The notes: generated from the letters alone by a model not told the origin. A DNA stretch of 53,696 bases from Catajapyx aquilonaris (GCA_000934665.2 JYFJ02002623.1:1-53696); one strand, 5' to 3'. Positions 1 to 15,519 are shown, counted from the stretch's first letter. Numbers and translations are program-made.

Positions 1-3000
1 GCCGCAGTGGCGCTTTCCCATGTTAAACTCGCATAGACGGTGGCGCCACTGCGGAATTTTTCCATGAGGCTCCGTAAGCCGCCATGGACCACTACTGTGC
101 GCCTATACGTATGCCAAACTTGCTAATGAGATGCAGTGTCGTACAGTGAGTGTGACCCAAAACAGCTCAAAATCTATCGTATCATACAGTACCGTGCCGA
201 TTATGTAGGAGTTCGCGCACTGCGAGGGAAGCCGGATATTTCAAATAGCCCCACGGCACTCGCTTGCAATCATAATGTATCACAAAAAAGTGGATGAGTT
301 GGACCCGTTATTATAATTAATTATGCCTCAGGCCGTAGACAAAATAATCTTACTTACAGGTTACAGCAGACGTCCTATATGCCGATAATGGACAGAATTG
401 TTCGATTATTAAGTTCCTCACAAAAGATCAGAAACCTTGTGATTCTGTTTGCTCTACTGATAGTTTTACGCCATCAGCTTACATAACTTTATATTATTTT
501 ACTTACACATATTACAAATAAGAGTATTGGTTCAAAATTGTGTTGCATTGCTATACGATATGGATATGAAAATATTTCTACACGAAATTTTAGCAGAATG
601 GAAATGCGTGGGAAGCTCTTTTCCCCTACACTCTCATTGATGGAAACGTGCAATAATTACATTACCTCCTACTTCTTCAACAGCGCCCTTGATTTGATTA
701 TTAGTAGGAATTGGGTACCCCCAAAAGTGGGCCCTTCGAAACTCTATTTTGAGGGCTAAGTGGCCCGTTGAGTATTCATACCCTCCCTTATCAGAATCAA
801 CAAGTGAAAAAGATGTCCCAAGTTATTGACCCTAAATGCATTGTGAGTGGAGTAGCAATGGGATGCAGTGAATAAGCTTTATTGAACCATTTCACACTCC
901 CGAGTTGAAGTGTGTGCAACATTGCATTAGGAATTAGCACTGTGTGGAATGGGTATACATTCATGGTCGAAAATAGATCACCTGAACGCGAGCTAAATAG
1001 TTTTCTGATTTATACGCGATAAAACTTTCTGGAAAATTATTAATTCTTGTTAAGCACGAAAGCTTCCGGGAAAATCCGGAATTTCATGCATTCAATTATG
1101 ATTTGAAAGGGAGAAGTCCCTGTCTCTCGGCGAAAGCGATTCCCCATGCATATTCGAATTCTCTAATTAACTTTTTTGGGCCAAAAAAGAGTGCTCCAGG
1201 ACTTGATTAGTTTACCTTCCTTTTATATAAGTTGACCCTAAAGCAGAGTTGGAACTATAGTTTAAAGTAGGGGTCTAGATTGTTTTCGGCAAAACTTTGT
1301 GAGTGAATCATTTTTGTGTTTTAATAACCTGAATTGAAAAGGAAGTAATATATAGCATGATCTTCCTTCCTTTCAACACCAGTAAAATATCAAATAAGTT
1401 CCGCTGATTTTTTTAAAACGCAGTGCATAGGCTTAAACAGATGATATCTCAACACAACGGGATAACGTGTTGGTTAATGCTAAGCTATACGCGTGTTTGG
1501 ATAGTCATTACAACGTTTTTGACCGCAATTACACAATCACTCTTCCAGTCATTAGGTATAATGTTAATTTCTTATCATTCGCTGCATAGCAATGACCTGT
1601 TCATCGGGGTTCCAAGTTTACAGTTGATAATATTGTCCTATTGTAAGAGCTGCTTGTAGTTTTTTAAACGGCGATACTCCGAGCCAGAAAATCTGGACAT
1701 TCACCTGCATAAGCCGCAATGCAGGTGAAGTCCCTGTGGAGAAAGTTGAGATTGAACCGATTCTTTGACTTTCTGAAGTTGCATTCCCAAGACGTCACCT
1801 GCTTCCCAACACGTCGGATTGTTTTCGGTAATTGTATTTCCAGGAATATACTGCCATTCAGTTTTTGAACTACACAGAATTTTCTCGTCGCCGATTTTGA
1901 GCCAATAACACACCGCTGGTTGCAAACTAGGATTTCAGAGTATTACCTTTCATTAATCCTGGCTACATCCTCTTTCGCATTTCGATTCACTTTGGGTTGT
2001 GTTCAGCGAAACGGATTGATTTTTACCCCACAATTTTATAACGGGATTGGAATTTTCTTCATTTAAGTATGTGGTAATACTCTTAGTATTTTATTATCTA
2101 ATACTAACATCAGAATAATTAACTATTTCATACTATTTAATAAGCAACGTGATATTTGGCAGTAGCTCAATATCGAGTATAATTGCTTCATTTGTCGAAT
2201 GAAATACAGTACGGGAATATGCGACATTGTTAATTACATTACATATTCGATAGATATGCAAAATACTTGGGTATTAGAGATAATGCTGATTTTACTTGAA
2301 CCTATTCCACACCCACGGACAGTCGTTTATTTCATAATTTTATCGCCCTGGATGCGCTTGTAATTTACTCGTTTCGCATTTAATTGGGCTGAATATCCGG
2401 TTGAGATATACGGTAGATCCGTACAGTACCTCATTGAATGAGACCACAAACTTCCAGCAGCTTCCACCAACTACCAGTAAAATGGTTTTTGTGCAACTTA
2501 ATGCGGTTAGTCCTTCGTATACAGGATGGGATGCAATGCAGCCCACAGTGTCTGTGATCCAGCCCATCTATTGTAAAAGATCGGGTTCTGATGAATGATG
2601 GGAATATTACCAATGTATTTAATCACCCTTTTAACATTTATTGCATAAATAGCATAATAGTATAGAGTCGTTTGGTTAGTTTTAATAGCAACTCTTGCTG
2701 CATAGTATTAAGGTTTGTGAAAAATTCTCCTCATTGTTTGCCCCTGGCTTGGTTCAATGTGCTCGGTCGGATTTTTGCGCAGGAGCGCCATAATGCTTTC
2801 TTCCCTCTATATGAAAATTTTTATGCATCGTTTTTTTTCTTAACAACTTTTGGGTTTAATGGAAGTGGTGTAATAGCCTATCAATACCAGATAATCCCGG
2901 GGCGGTCATTATCCTAGAACCTAGATGATTCCTTTCCCTAAGTGGCTAACATGTCGCATAACCAACATCCAGTCTGCCCTTTCAGTAATACTGCGCATAT

Positions 3001-6000
3001 AAATTACGACACTGTAGGAGTTACGTACAGTACCACAGAGCATTTGGATGACTGTTAATAAAGATAGATTGTTCCATACGGTTCTGTTGAAGCCAAAGAT
3101 GGCGGTCATCCTAACTGTTCAGATCCACCCATGCGACTCTCTTGTGCAGAGGGCGGAGTAACTTCCAGGATGACAGTGGAACCCAAAGAATTACAATTTT
3201 GGATAAATTATTATAAAATTGTTAGGGCGCAAAACAAATCGGCATTTTAAGTGCCAACAAGATAAAAGCGTATTGGAAATCCATCGTTGAGAGATCTCGG
3301 GTTTACATTTTAATGCCGAATGCTTTCACCTCCTGGTTTATGCCTGGATGTTATTTTGGACCTGTGTGCCTGCCCCTTTGTAAATCGGATAACGAAGCTG
3401 GTTGATGCAGGCACCAGTGCACAGCAGTTAGCATTGGAAGGGCAAAAGTCTGGCAGGCAAAGGTAAAGTAAACAAGGTCTGGGAAAATGCACGTTTGCGC
3501 CCTGTACGATCTAGATCCGGATGAAGCGGGTACTGTATCCCCAAAAAAAGGCCAATCGCTTGTTACCAGCCTATAACGCATCCTTCCCTAAACTTGGCAA
3601 CTGAGCCTCTCTTTCCAGCTGTGAATCGTTAGTATGAGTGGAGGTAGGGATAAATTCGCTTAAATGAAATCTGTTGCGTGAGTGCTCAGTTGGGCTGCAT
3701 TAGGAGTGATGGATGGCGTTATGTCATTTTGTATGCTTCCGGAAGTGTCACCAAAGTAGGAGCAAGTCCCGTGGTTGACAAGACACGAGTTATTAAGGAC
3801 CCCGAGACACTTGTTCATATAAAATATTCGTCAATTAAGAAAAATAGTCACAAATTGCTACGAGTATTTTAATATCATTTCTACATATTGTATATTTTAA
3901 AGATGACGTTAGATTGTATTTTGTAAACTCAACATGGAATTTACGTTGTCAGACATTAGTGTAATCAGATATGCTAGTAAGGAAACTATGCTAATTATTA
4001 TTCATATGAAACTTTCAGCCGACAAACACCATGGATTCAGGATGCATTTGCATTTCAATATTTGTTTATATATCTAGTACGTATAGCCTACAGTACCTAT
4101 TTTCGTCCATTATAATGCGAATAGAAAACCAATTCAGTACTGCATGCTATATAATTATAAAAAGTTTGCACCAGAGTCGATAACAGTACGTTGCAGAATT
4201 TAGCTAGCAATTTTGCAGCTACCCAGTAGGTAGCTTTAGAAAATCTAAATAATTTTCTCGCAGTTCGTTTTTATGTGGTCAGTGAAAGGCGGCTAACCAA
4301 TTTTCCGTGCAATTTTCTGCCAACTGGGATTTTTTTTTGTATAGAGATGAAATACAGTAATAACCCCCCCCCCCGCATCATGCGTTACACAGTAATGGAT
4401 TATGCAGTAGCTTTGCGGTATTATACCTTTCTTCAATAACTAAGAAAAAGCATAGTGCAGCTGAACTGAGAGTACCTGCGTCAGTCGTATATGCCAGTAA
4501 TGCGTGTGCCATTATCCAATAGCTAAACTTGACTCCTCAACTACTAGTACCTGATGTAATGCCTCAATTTATTGGGCTTTAGAAGTGGGAAGAAAGAAGA
4601 GTGAGCTGGCAAAATCGTAGCCAAAAAGAACTTTTCGAACATTTTTCCAAGTAGAAATTAATCCTCTTTTAAGCATGGGGCATCCAGAGTGGGAGTCTGA
4701 TGCTCTTCAGACCATAAAGTGCACTTTTCTATTAGTACTGACGTCAGTACGGGTTATGGCAGCTTGTAAAACTTCTCTGCCGTACTTTAAAAAGATATTC
4801 CGTGTCTTCACTGTGCAGTAGAATAAGGAATTGTCCGGATCCACTATGCGCTACTGTTGTTTCAGTAGTCTAATGTGGACTCGACTTTATTGCACAGTAG
4901 CTACATCTTTTTCCTAAATGCAGATTATGCTACTCTGCAATGTAATCCGTCGATTCCTCTTACCCTCCTTCCTTTGAAGATCACCTCAAAGACGCAGAAA
5001 CTGCAAGATTGCGACACCACTTTGCTACTTTGCAGGCAATACTGTACTTAAACGAAGCAAAGATTACACGAGTATACTAAGGCCAACGCAACATCTTTGA
5101 CTCACTTCAAGAAGAGTTTTCGTGGCGGAATTAGTAGCAAAACAAGGAAAGTAAGCTGGATTACAGACTCAGGAGCAATTATCCGATTGGTGGTGGAGAG
5201 AATGGCGTAACGTTCTTAACATTTCAAAATGTTTCACTTTCCTTAGATAAACATGACGAGATATTATCAGTTAATTTAAATTAGAAACATTCTTGCTAAG
5301 CGTTAGCCTCATCATCTGAACATAATTCTCTGGCTTATTCGCATGTCTATCACTAGGTTTTCCAATTTCCTCCCGCAATTTAAGGAGACGGAAGCGATGT
5401 ATAGTAAAGCAGCGTCAATAAGATCCAATAAAAGCTCCCAAAGTATATCACCGTGTATCCTATTATTACACCATGTCTTTTTATGACCACACCTCACATC
5501 CACCTAAACCAGACTTTTCTTCCCATGGCAAGTCCGGAGTTGCAAGGCCCAACAGGTGTTTTTGTTCCGCCAACAGGTCCTTTTCTTTTCCTTCCCATCC
5601 TATTCCACACCAAACCTTTTCTTTCCCAGTTTCCATCATCTTACCTGCTTCGCTTCTCATCTTCAGTCGACCTCTTTTTTTTTCGACCTCCGACTTGCAG
5701 GCCCAGGTGGGGGCTTCAGAATAGGGTGCTTCCCTTGATTACTAGTTTTTGTGTGTGCGTGTGTAGGAGTGAAATGCTATTCAGAAGCTCCGGTACGTCT
5801 GTCTTCTTTGTGAGTGAGAGTTGGAAAGCAGGCTGGAGGAGATTAGGTGCTGTCGAAATATAGGGTAGTAAATTGCTAGGTTGGGATTTGATGTGGAACA
5901 GTCTGATTGCAGGTTGTGTCAAAAAGTTAGCTCAGTGGAAGTTTTTCAGGTGTTTTGAATAACGACCTAATAAAATGGGGGCGGTTTGTACAGGGTGGTG

Positions 6001-9000
6001 TACTGCCAAAGTTAACGATCTGTTGTGGTGGAGTGATGGATTGGTTCCTCCTAGCGATTTAAATAAAGTTAGGTCATGATAATAAAACCTTTGCACATTG
6101 AATTTAACGAGGTTATGACCTATGCAGTAACATTGAAACATTGGATGATTTACTACATTCTGAGACTATACTGACCAGAAAAATATATGAGGAAGAAAAC
6201 CTTCTACTGATGACAGATCTCATAATCTATACAAGTCACGTTACATTATAAATTTTGTTCACAATACAGCGAGGGAAGAAAATCGACCTACTCACCCAAC
6301 ATGCTGAGAAGAAAACTAAGTTAACCTTATCCCATTTCTCATTTTGCTTTGATCTCGAGTCTCTTGTCCTTCAAGCCTACAGAACCTTAGTGGAAATGTG
6401 TTGTCGCGTATCAAATTGACAACGGAGAGAAGTGGAGGTATATACAGCAGAATAACCAGAAACGAAAGGCAAAAGCACAATCAAATATCAGGGATGGCTA
6501 CGTGACTGTGCAGCTCGGGAGTAGATGATCATTTATTCATAATACAGGAATAAACAGCCATAAAACTAAAAATACAATAACAAAAAAAACTAAAACAGCT
6601 CTGGTGTCAGCCACAGATCCGTGTAAATGAAACCTTTTAAAATGTTTCACATTATTGTTCTGGCTTTATATTTCTATGTCTGCACTGTTTTGCTACATCC
6701 ATACACCCTGTAATTCATTATTGTGCAAGTTTATTACAGGCGAATGTGGTGTAGGTAGATGCTGTTGGGTAGCCCACTAGAACCTTGCGGTCTTGTTGCT
6801 GAACTCCTAGAATCCGACCGCGGTATGAAATAGTACCTCTATAATTGCCCTTTCAATTAACTCAGGTGCGGTTAGTTGGACTATGTGTTTTACCGTATCA
6901 CTGGTCTCACAAGTCAGACAAAGTGGCAAACAAGTTAATTAATTTGTGTTTTGTTGACTGAAAACACGCAGAAAACTTACCCAACAATTTTCGAAAGCAT
7001 CATCTCGTCATTTTGATCAGGGTTAATTTCAGTCGCTGTTACTATTATTTCCATCGATTATATCCTAGATTAACCATGCATTTTAGCTCCTGGTTAAATA
7101 TCGAATGGAAAAATCGGCTTGAACGGAGTACCGTCATTCCGCGCTAATGACTACACATTTCCCCACTTTTTTGTCGTATATGGAGGTTTCAGCAGAGATT
7201 GTGAGCCCAACCACTAACCAAAATCCGTTTTACATTAGCCCAAGTACTATTCCACCGGATAAATATTAAAATAAACGGCCAGAGTGTAAGCCTCACCGAG
7301 AAATACTTGCAAACGTAGCTGGAAAAGGCAAAGGATTTTGCGGTTTAAAACGGTCCAAAGCGGTTAACGAGAAGCAGTATTACAGCAGCATTAAAGTCCG
7401 TTTCAAGCTGATACACACCAAAGCAATTTTCACAGAATTTGTTCCAAGGATTCATTCGAAGATTGCATTCAGTTTTTGATATGATGGCAGTGTACCTTAT
7501 ACACTTTCGATTCGATCTGAAATACATATGAAGTATGTGGGTGTCGCAGTCAATTCCTCTCTTATGAAACTTTCCATCCAACCAGAAGTGCAAGGATGTG
7601 ATGCAGACTAAACGAGAAGGATCTGCAAACTTGGATCCCACAAGCAACATAGCACAACAGCCCACCCACCTCCATCGCCCCCGGAGCCTGAAACGCCCTG
7701 ATGCACACTACAAAGGGAGACCGATAAATCAATTCGGTCCTCGTCACGGATTACAGCCAGCCAGCATGCACCCCACCCACCCATCCAAAAAAAACCCCCA
7801 CCTCCTTTCAATTTCCAGGGGCACAAACCACCTATACCTGATGTACCTCAACTTTCTTGCCTCTTCCTGAACCAATGTGTAATTCATGCAGCTCAATCAG
7901 TTAGGAGCCCAGAATTTTCAATGCAGACCGCTCTAATTAGCGATCTCGCCCCCCCCCCTCCGCCCCCCCGGTAAACAGTGCAAATTGCTTGGGGCAGAAG
8001 GCAAAGCCTAGTGCTGACGGAGGCAGCCAAAGGGCGGCTGCACCCGATGCCGACGGCGACCTACTAATTATATTGCAAAACAGTACCTAGGTGTATTGCG
8101 GTGTTATTATTTCAGCAAATGAGGTGGACATGGGTGATACTGCACTAATAATAGTTGCGGACTAATTTTATTCCCGGTGCTAATTGCAAACATGGCCGGA
8201 AGATCAAGGCTCTTAATAAAAGTTATGCGGCAAAGGACTTTAATTATGACGAGTCGGGGGTGCAGAACAGCGGTGTATTCCACGCTGATTATTGTGGTTG
8301 ACGAAATTGTCTCATATATTTCGTGATTGACAGTTATGAAACATTTCTATATTCATTTTCCTTCAATTATAAGTTCGCATTTTTTGAAGAGTAATTAATC
8401 CACTTATCAACATGTCTAATGTCTAAATGTATACCATGTTTTATTACATTGCTCACAATAGCATATTCTCCTTGTAACCATACGGGATTGCCATCAGTGA
8501 TGATTGGATCACAGACTATATAACTTACCTCACCGTAAAGTAAACTGTATGAATAATAATTGATTTGAGTAATAATGCTTTGAAAATGATAATCATATAG
8601 CTTCCATGCAATGGGATTTACTTATGAGCGGTAGCATCGACAATCTGATCAATTGACCTAGGCACAAATTTGGAGCTTTTAATGGACCATATAACGCGAC
8701 AAATTACATCAGAAAGACGATGTTTCATCACAATACATCACAATAATGTGGAATAGAGAACGCAACATCACAATAAACTTACTCACTGAGGAATCTTGCC
8801 TGTTTCATTACGGTATTCTTTCACTGCAAGAGTCACGCCATTGCGTAGTAAACTGGATGGTAATTTATGTTTGCTTAGTAAGACGACATTAGGATATAGG
8901 AGCTAATCTTCTTAATACGCTGTTAATAAATACCCTCTTCGAAATTATCTGCATAAGAATTAATCGCATATGGGCAAAAATGGCTAATTGAAACTGGGAG

Positions 9001-12000
9001 TAACTTTTATTATGCAATCCCATTTGAGCGATCAACACTTTCACACTCATCCTATACGCCATGCACCGAGGCCCGACTCGGCCATGTAATATCGACAGGT
9101 CACTTTGCGACTGCAGTTGATGTTGGCAACCGCAAGGGACAGTGTATATAGTCCTTTTTAGTCACTAAGGCCACCGGCCCTGTTTGACTGATTGCGTTTG
9201 CATGCCGCCACGCTTTGTCGCTGCCTTGTTCCGATGCTTATGCGACACTGGCTTCAATCTGATAGCATTATGGGCCCAAGATGGAGTGCTCTGCTATATC
9301 AGGTGTGTGTGTGTAAGCATGGGGTAGCACCAGCAACAAGTTAGCAAGATGCTTCTGGGTATTATAAAGGGTGGTGGTCATCGATCCAGGTCTGGTTGGG
9401 GGTAGAATGGCTCAGAGGCGTGCAAGGAGTAGACCCCCCGCACTACACATAAATCTGATCTTTATGGGGCATCCCTGGGCCCTGCTCATCCATTTCACCA
9501 CTGGCTGCTGGACAACGAAGCAATTGGAGTGTGCTGCGGCCACGGGCAGTTCCAGGCCCACCCTTTGCTATCCTCGCGCCAATTCGGCTCCTTTATGCAC
9601 TCATCATGGTCATTATCACCTGGGAGTCTAAGCCTGGCTCCAAATGGCCTCGTCTTGCTATTCAGCACGTTGGGTATTCATTACGTGATGATTGTTTCCC
9701 GGGTTCTTATTTGCAGGGCAGGAGGAAATACGTGAGTATGAAGCAGTTTATACATGTTAATTCATTCCGGTCCAGATGTAGAGATGTGTCGTTTTTTAAA
9801 GGCACCGAATTGTGATGCCCACATGCCTGTCATTACAGGTTGGTGTCTCCATAATTATTTTTCGCCCCTACATTGCGCACTAGATTTAGAGCAAAAAAGA
9901 TCCATCCGGATCGGCCTGCTAGTTAGCATCACCTCTATTAGGATGATAAATACGGGGAGCTTTAACAAGATTAATCCAATTAATAGTGGGCATTGGGGCC
10001 ATACAAATCCCATGTCACTTAACCAAACGGGGCAGGGCAAACATTAATGAGAAAATGGACAATTTTTGATCAAAAATGAATGTAGCACTTCCATTAGCAT
10101 AGTTTTATAATTCTATTGAGGATTTGTAGGCTACATGTTTTTGCGTTGACATCAGCCAAGTAGCCCAGTTTTGATCAATACGCATAATGCACTACCGATT
10201 TTCACCCGATAAATTCACCCGCTCGTCTTGTCAGCTGCTGTACGTGAAAGCATGCGACGTATAGGGAAGAAGGGCCTTAATATTATGAAAGAGGCTCCTT
10301 TTAATTACAAGGGCGGATGGAGTGACCGTGGGAGTGAACGCAAATGATGGGCAACGCTGGCTGGAAGGAAGGTCGAGGCTCCGGCAACCTCGTCTCCAGC
10401 ACTTCGACTCGGCCTTTATCATGAAGTTCCAGCCGACGACTCCCCCAGCCCCTCAAGCACATCCACCACCATCCATCCGCACTACTATCCACTCAACAAT
10501 ATCCTTTTAGAAATTCACACCCACTTTTTTCCCCTCCCCTGTGTGCCACTATGCTAGCAAGCGGGTCATTGGCATGTGTGAAGGTGGATATTCCCATGAA
10601 TGCGATGTATCAGAACAACTGTGTCGGATGAAAACAGATTTCATAAATACTGTTTCCCCAAACCGTTGATATGGCATTTTAGAGATAGAAAAAACCGTTA
10701 TGTTCATTGTGTTGGAAGCTGACGTACAGTATATACGTGCCTAGTCCATTAAACAAATTTATGAATTTACAGCCTCTCTGGTAAATTTTGCTCGCTGATA
10801 CCGTATAATAGTTAACGTTATCAGCTAGTATACTAGAAGAACATCGTAAAGCTCACATTAGCACAAATTACTCTACTGGTCAGACATGCTTCCTTATAGT
10901 TGAGGACAATGTCCTGGCGACAAGCTTTTATAGCTCACGCGATATTTCCCACCAATGCAATGCAGTGAATCAAAGCATTTAATACCAGTGCAGCTTATTA
11001 ATGCTTTATTGCTGTACTCTGTACAGTATATTCGCATTGAACTGATGCGGTATAATGGTCTATGCATGAGCAGCATTACTTTTAGGAAGTAAACCGCTCT
11101 GACAAAGTCGACACTTGTGAAAGGAATTTTAGTGCCTGCTAACTGGACAATAAACGGTCAAAAAATAAACCTCGCGCAAGTCTATAGGAACATCCCGGGG
11201 ATGTATTCCATTTATTATACTTTCCAGTCTGAGATGCAGTGTACCATACATAGTGGGACAGAGAGCACAGCGGTCAATTTGGATGTTAGGCACGTTCATT
11301 ATGCTAATTAAGAGGTTTGGACCTCTTCACTTGGCGGTTTGCATGAACTTAAAGCGAGGAAGAAGTTAGTGTACTGTACTCGACAAATTAAGGCCGCAGA
11401 TAAAGTCAGGAACTTGATCGTGATGTGGGGATTCTCATTTTGACCGTTGTCATGAACGGTTGTCCTGTAAGTAAAGCGCATCCACGCAGAATTTCGGAAC
11501 ATCTCCCACCATCACCTATACGCTGAGTTTCTCGAGAGGTATTCCGGGGAGACCAGGAAGTTACAAGCTGCACATTAAAACTTCTAACCAGGGTTATACA
11601 CTATACAGTAAACAGTACATATTCGCCAACTTTTAGCAACATTAATCCCAAACAAGAATTTCAAGTTTGTATAAGTGCGTATCACACCACGACTTGATTG
11701 CCCATATACGAATCGAAAAAAGGAAGTGCTGGCTTGTTACCTCAGGAAACGATAGATGGTGTGTATTCAGCAATGTGTGCGTGCTGTGAGAGAAAGAGTT
11801 GAAAGGCGGAAGAGCGGTCCTTTCCCAATTAAGCCTGAAAGCCGCGGCCCAATTCACCCTCTTTACCCTCACCAAATCCGCTGCCCCAAAAGCAGCTCAA
11901 GATAATCCCTCAAAGGATTTCCGCACCATTTGCTCCGCTTTATTAACCCATGCCTCATTCGCACCATTTCCAAATTAACCCGTGCTTTACCCTGGGCCCA

Positions 12001-14855
12001 ACTTTGCTTAAGGCGGTCAGAAAGGTATAGCATCTGCATATAGTTAGTTGACCCCCATATAAATACCCAACAATTGGCAGACTTATACAGTGCAGATAAT
12101 TATCTGGCACACCATGAGAGGGCGCGGCCTTCCTTCGTTTTGCAGGCAGCTGATATCCGTGCAAGCTTTGAGGCAAAAATTTATTATCCGGACGAAATGC
12201 TTTGTTCTGATCCTCTGCACTTTCTTATGGCTTTTTGCAGTTTTCGAGTTGGCAGTGGGGCTCCGACGCTAAGCCCCTGCCTAAAGCTCCTTTCTTCTCT
12301 ATAACCTTGAATTAATACAGCCCTTCTGAAGGTATAGCCTCTAAAAAAACATCAAAGCTTGTATCATTTAAGTAGACTGTATTTCTATATGTGAAAGTAC
12401 ACTGCTATTTATGCCTTGCACAGAGTGAATTATACAACGGTAGTGATCATGTACGCTATCTTTCTACGTACGTACACTTGACTTGCGTGTAAACAAATAA
12501 TACACTAGCCTGCGCAAAAAAATCTGGGTATATTACAGACTAACACCACCTAACCGAAATTAATGTCTGAGCTAAATGAAAAGAGCAGAACAATTATTCG
12601 TGGTTATAATGTTAGTTATGAGGGAGTGCAGTAACCGGATTGGATTTGTTTCCATGAAAATATATAATAGCCTATCCCTAGTGAGACTCATAAGATCAGT
12701 TCTTGTAGGAATCCCGAAATGAAATAATACGGTATACCCGATGGAATATATTAATATACCCAGTTAAAATGGGGTCATGTGTGTGAATGACCTACAGCTG
12801 ATGGCCATTCTTTAGTGCCGGTTGAGAGAAGACTTTGAAATGAAAATGACTATTGTAAATGGCCATAACCGCGCATATAACTTTTTCAGAAGAAGCGCAT
12901 CACTTTTCTGGATGACAGCAGCTATGATGCCAAGCTTGTGGAACGACTCTCTTTCAACCGTCTATGGTAACCATTGTTAGGGTGATGCACTACTTGTCTT
13001 GTGCTGTTAATGGCTTATAAGACCTCCTGTTAGGTTTCAACAAAAGGCTTTTTTTTGTTTCCCTTTCCACTGTCCGTGTATACACGCAAGGGCATGGGTT
13101 GAATTATTATTCTAACTGTTCAAAGCAACAGAGCCGTCATCCCTCATTTAACCGTGATGCGCATAAATATTTAGTTCAATTAATGAATCCCATGATATAA
13201 AGGTAGTATACATAAAACATTTGGATCCATTCTGGTCCGGATGTTGAAACTGGTACAACAATGAATTCGCTAGTTCAAAGGAAATTTCAGCTTTTGAAGT
13301 TGTGGCATGTCATGCTTTGGAGGATGCAAATGGCAAGGACTAATTTAATGGGCATGCAATAATGATTTTTCGCAAGATGGATGTACAAAAACTGCAGTTA
13401 TTTTTTTTACCACTCGAGTAAAACATCAGTGAAATTCTGGGATTAAAATAAAATCTTCACTCTGCGATAACTTTTAGTTTGAGGAGAAAACTCATATATT
13501 GATTGATATCCGCTTTCGACGGGCAATTATTTCAGATGGAAACTGTACCTAATAATATCAGATGGAAATTGCATTTTCAGAATTTTCTTTTCAGGATCGC
13601 CTAAAGGAAGATATCGATTTTCAAACTGTGAAATAGCATTTTCATTCTTAGATTTCTCCTGTTGATGCTTGACAATCTTACTTAAAATTTCAAATTCTTG
13701 CCAAATAGGATAAAACACCCTTGATTTAACGCACAATTCAAGTTCAACGTAATTTTGTAGCCACACTCGACTGTTGCCAACAGAATAAGCAACAACTCCT
13801 TTCAAGGAGATTCTGCACCTACTTTGCATACTATGCGACACGCCGAATGCTTTCGGCAGCCTTCAACATCCCAATCACGGCACTGTGTAACATGGCAATC
13901 AATTTACAAACGCGGAGACTAACTGTAAGTGCTAATACCTGAATGGAATTAACCGTGAAGACCTTCTCATGCAAATGCGCGCCTCAGTCTTGAGAAACCG
14001 TAAATGAGATCTCAGGCAAGGAAAATGTCTTCCATTTTTTCTGTCTCCCTCCAGTTTCGGATGAATGGACGCTGGATTAACTCTAAGGCGACATTAGCAT
14101 CCCCAAATGAATCTCCGCACCCAACCCAGCACATGATTATATCCCTCGTGTCTTCCTGGCTCTCATTAAGGACGGATTTAGACTCCAGCACTCCAGGAGC
14201 TACGCAGTCTAGTCGCCTTCACCTCTCTCGGCTCAGTATGAGGAGGCTCATCCTCTCTGATCATATATTTGGGATCAGTCTAGGTCAGGTTGAATGTCTG
14301 AGTGCTGTGTATATGATGTGGTGTAGAGTGTTGAGGGGTTGGATTAATGTGGGTTTCATCATGGTGACTTGCGGGATGAGGATCGGATGTGATGTGGCTA
14401 GGAGGCAATCCATTAGGAAGGCACATCATCAGCAAGGATGAAAGTCACAAGCAGGTTGGGTGGCCATGTGTGATTGTTGCAATAATTTTTGTGAGCAGTT
14501 TTGATGTCAGGAGTTTGTGATTATTGCTCAAATATACACGTAAATAAAATGTGCTTAATCAAAGGCATAGTCATGAGAGTAATACATTTGACACCATAAA
14601 CTTTTTTCTGTAACGTGTATCATATTCGTGTCATCAAGAACTGAGTCGTTCGTCATAATATTTGTGAAAATTGTAGGTTATTGATTGGTTCATAATGAGC
14701 AAAATGAGCTGAATTAGTTTCATCATAAGTTCGTTATTCAATTAATCAGGATTATTTAAAGAGATTACGGCACAGGTATTTTGATAATATTCGTAATCTG
14801 CCTGACTGTCCATTAGTTGTCATGATTGTGTGCTTCAGTGTACTGTATATATATA

Positions 14856-15063
14856 CAGGGTGTCTCAACTTTTTTGTCTGAACAATTTAAATCGGGAAAT
14901 ATTGCACTAAGCTGCTTATTTTTAGAAGTGCAACCAGTGATGCTTCCCTGGCTTTATCAGTTGAGGGATGTGCCAGGAATGTTGGGGCATATTCTGGCTA
15001 CATAGCTAGAAGATACATAGGCTTTTCCGATAACTGTTGGGACAAAAAAGTTGAGACACCCTG
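14856..15063. mobile_element. Tc1/mariner-type MITE, 208 bp
   Basis: Perfect 23-bp terminal inverted repeats CAGGGTGTCTCAACTTTTTTGTC / GACAAAAAAGTTGAGACACCCTG, with TA on both sides and no ORF. Confidence 0.9.
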
Positions 15064-15519
15064 TATATGTACTTTAATGTAATGTACTATACACTATACA
15101 TCGAGAGAATCATCGGCATAATTATTTGCCGGATTATTTACTTGAAGTCTGTCAAACAGGAGATATAGTCCATCATATATGCTGCACTTTTGGATGCCAT
15201 GATTTGGCGGTTGCTCTTCAACTAGTTTAGGATAAATAAATTATCTTCGTCAGATAATATGACGTCACTGTGGACTTTGTCAACTTTATCAGTAATTATT
15301 GAAGGCTATGATAACCTAATGTAATCTAACTTCTAACACTGACTAACAACATAAACTATGATCAAACTCCCCGCCATTAGGAAAATTATGCCAAAGTTCA
15401 ATGGATAGCCCCAACTAAACTGACTAGCCAGAAACCTGTCTCCGCCAGACCATATTCGACGCTCTATAGAACAGAGTTCACTGAAAAGTTTTGTGTTACT
15501 GAAACTACATGCATAATTA

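Noticed and set aside
2..54. 12-bp inverted repeat CCGCAGTGGCGC / GCGCCACTGCGG at the window start
   Set aside because: Probably part of a repeat cut by the window edge. Its ends and TSD cannot be seen.
14004..14441. 145-aa ORF in the mtt intron
   Set aside because: No recognisable motif on either strand and no supporting exon structure.
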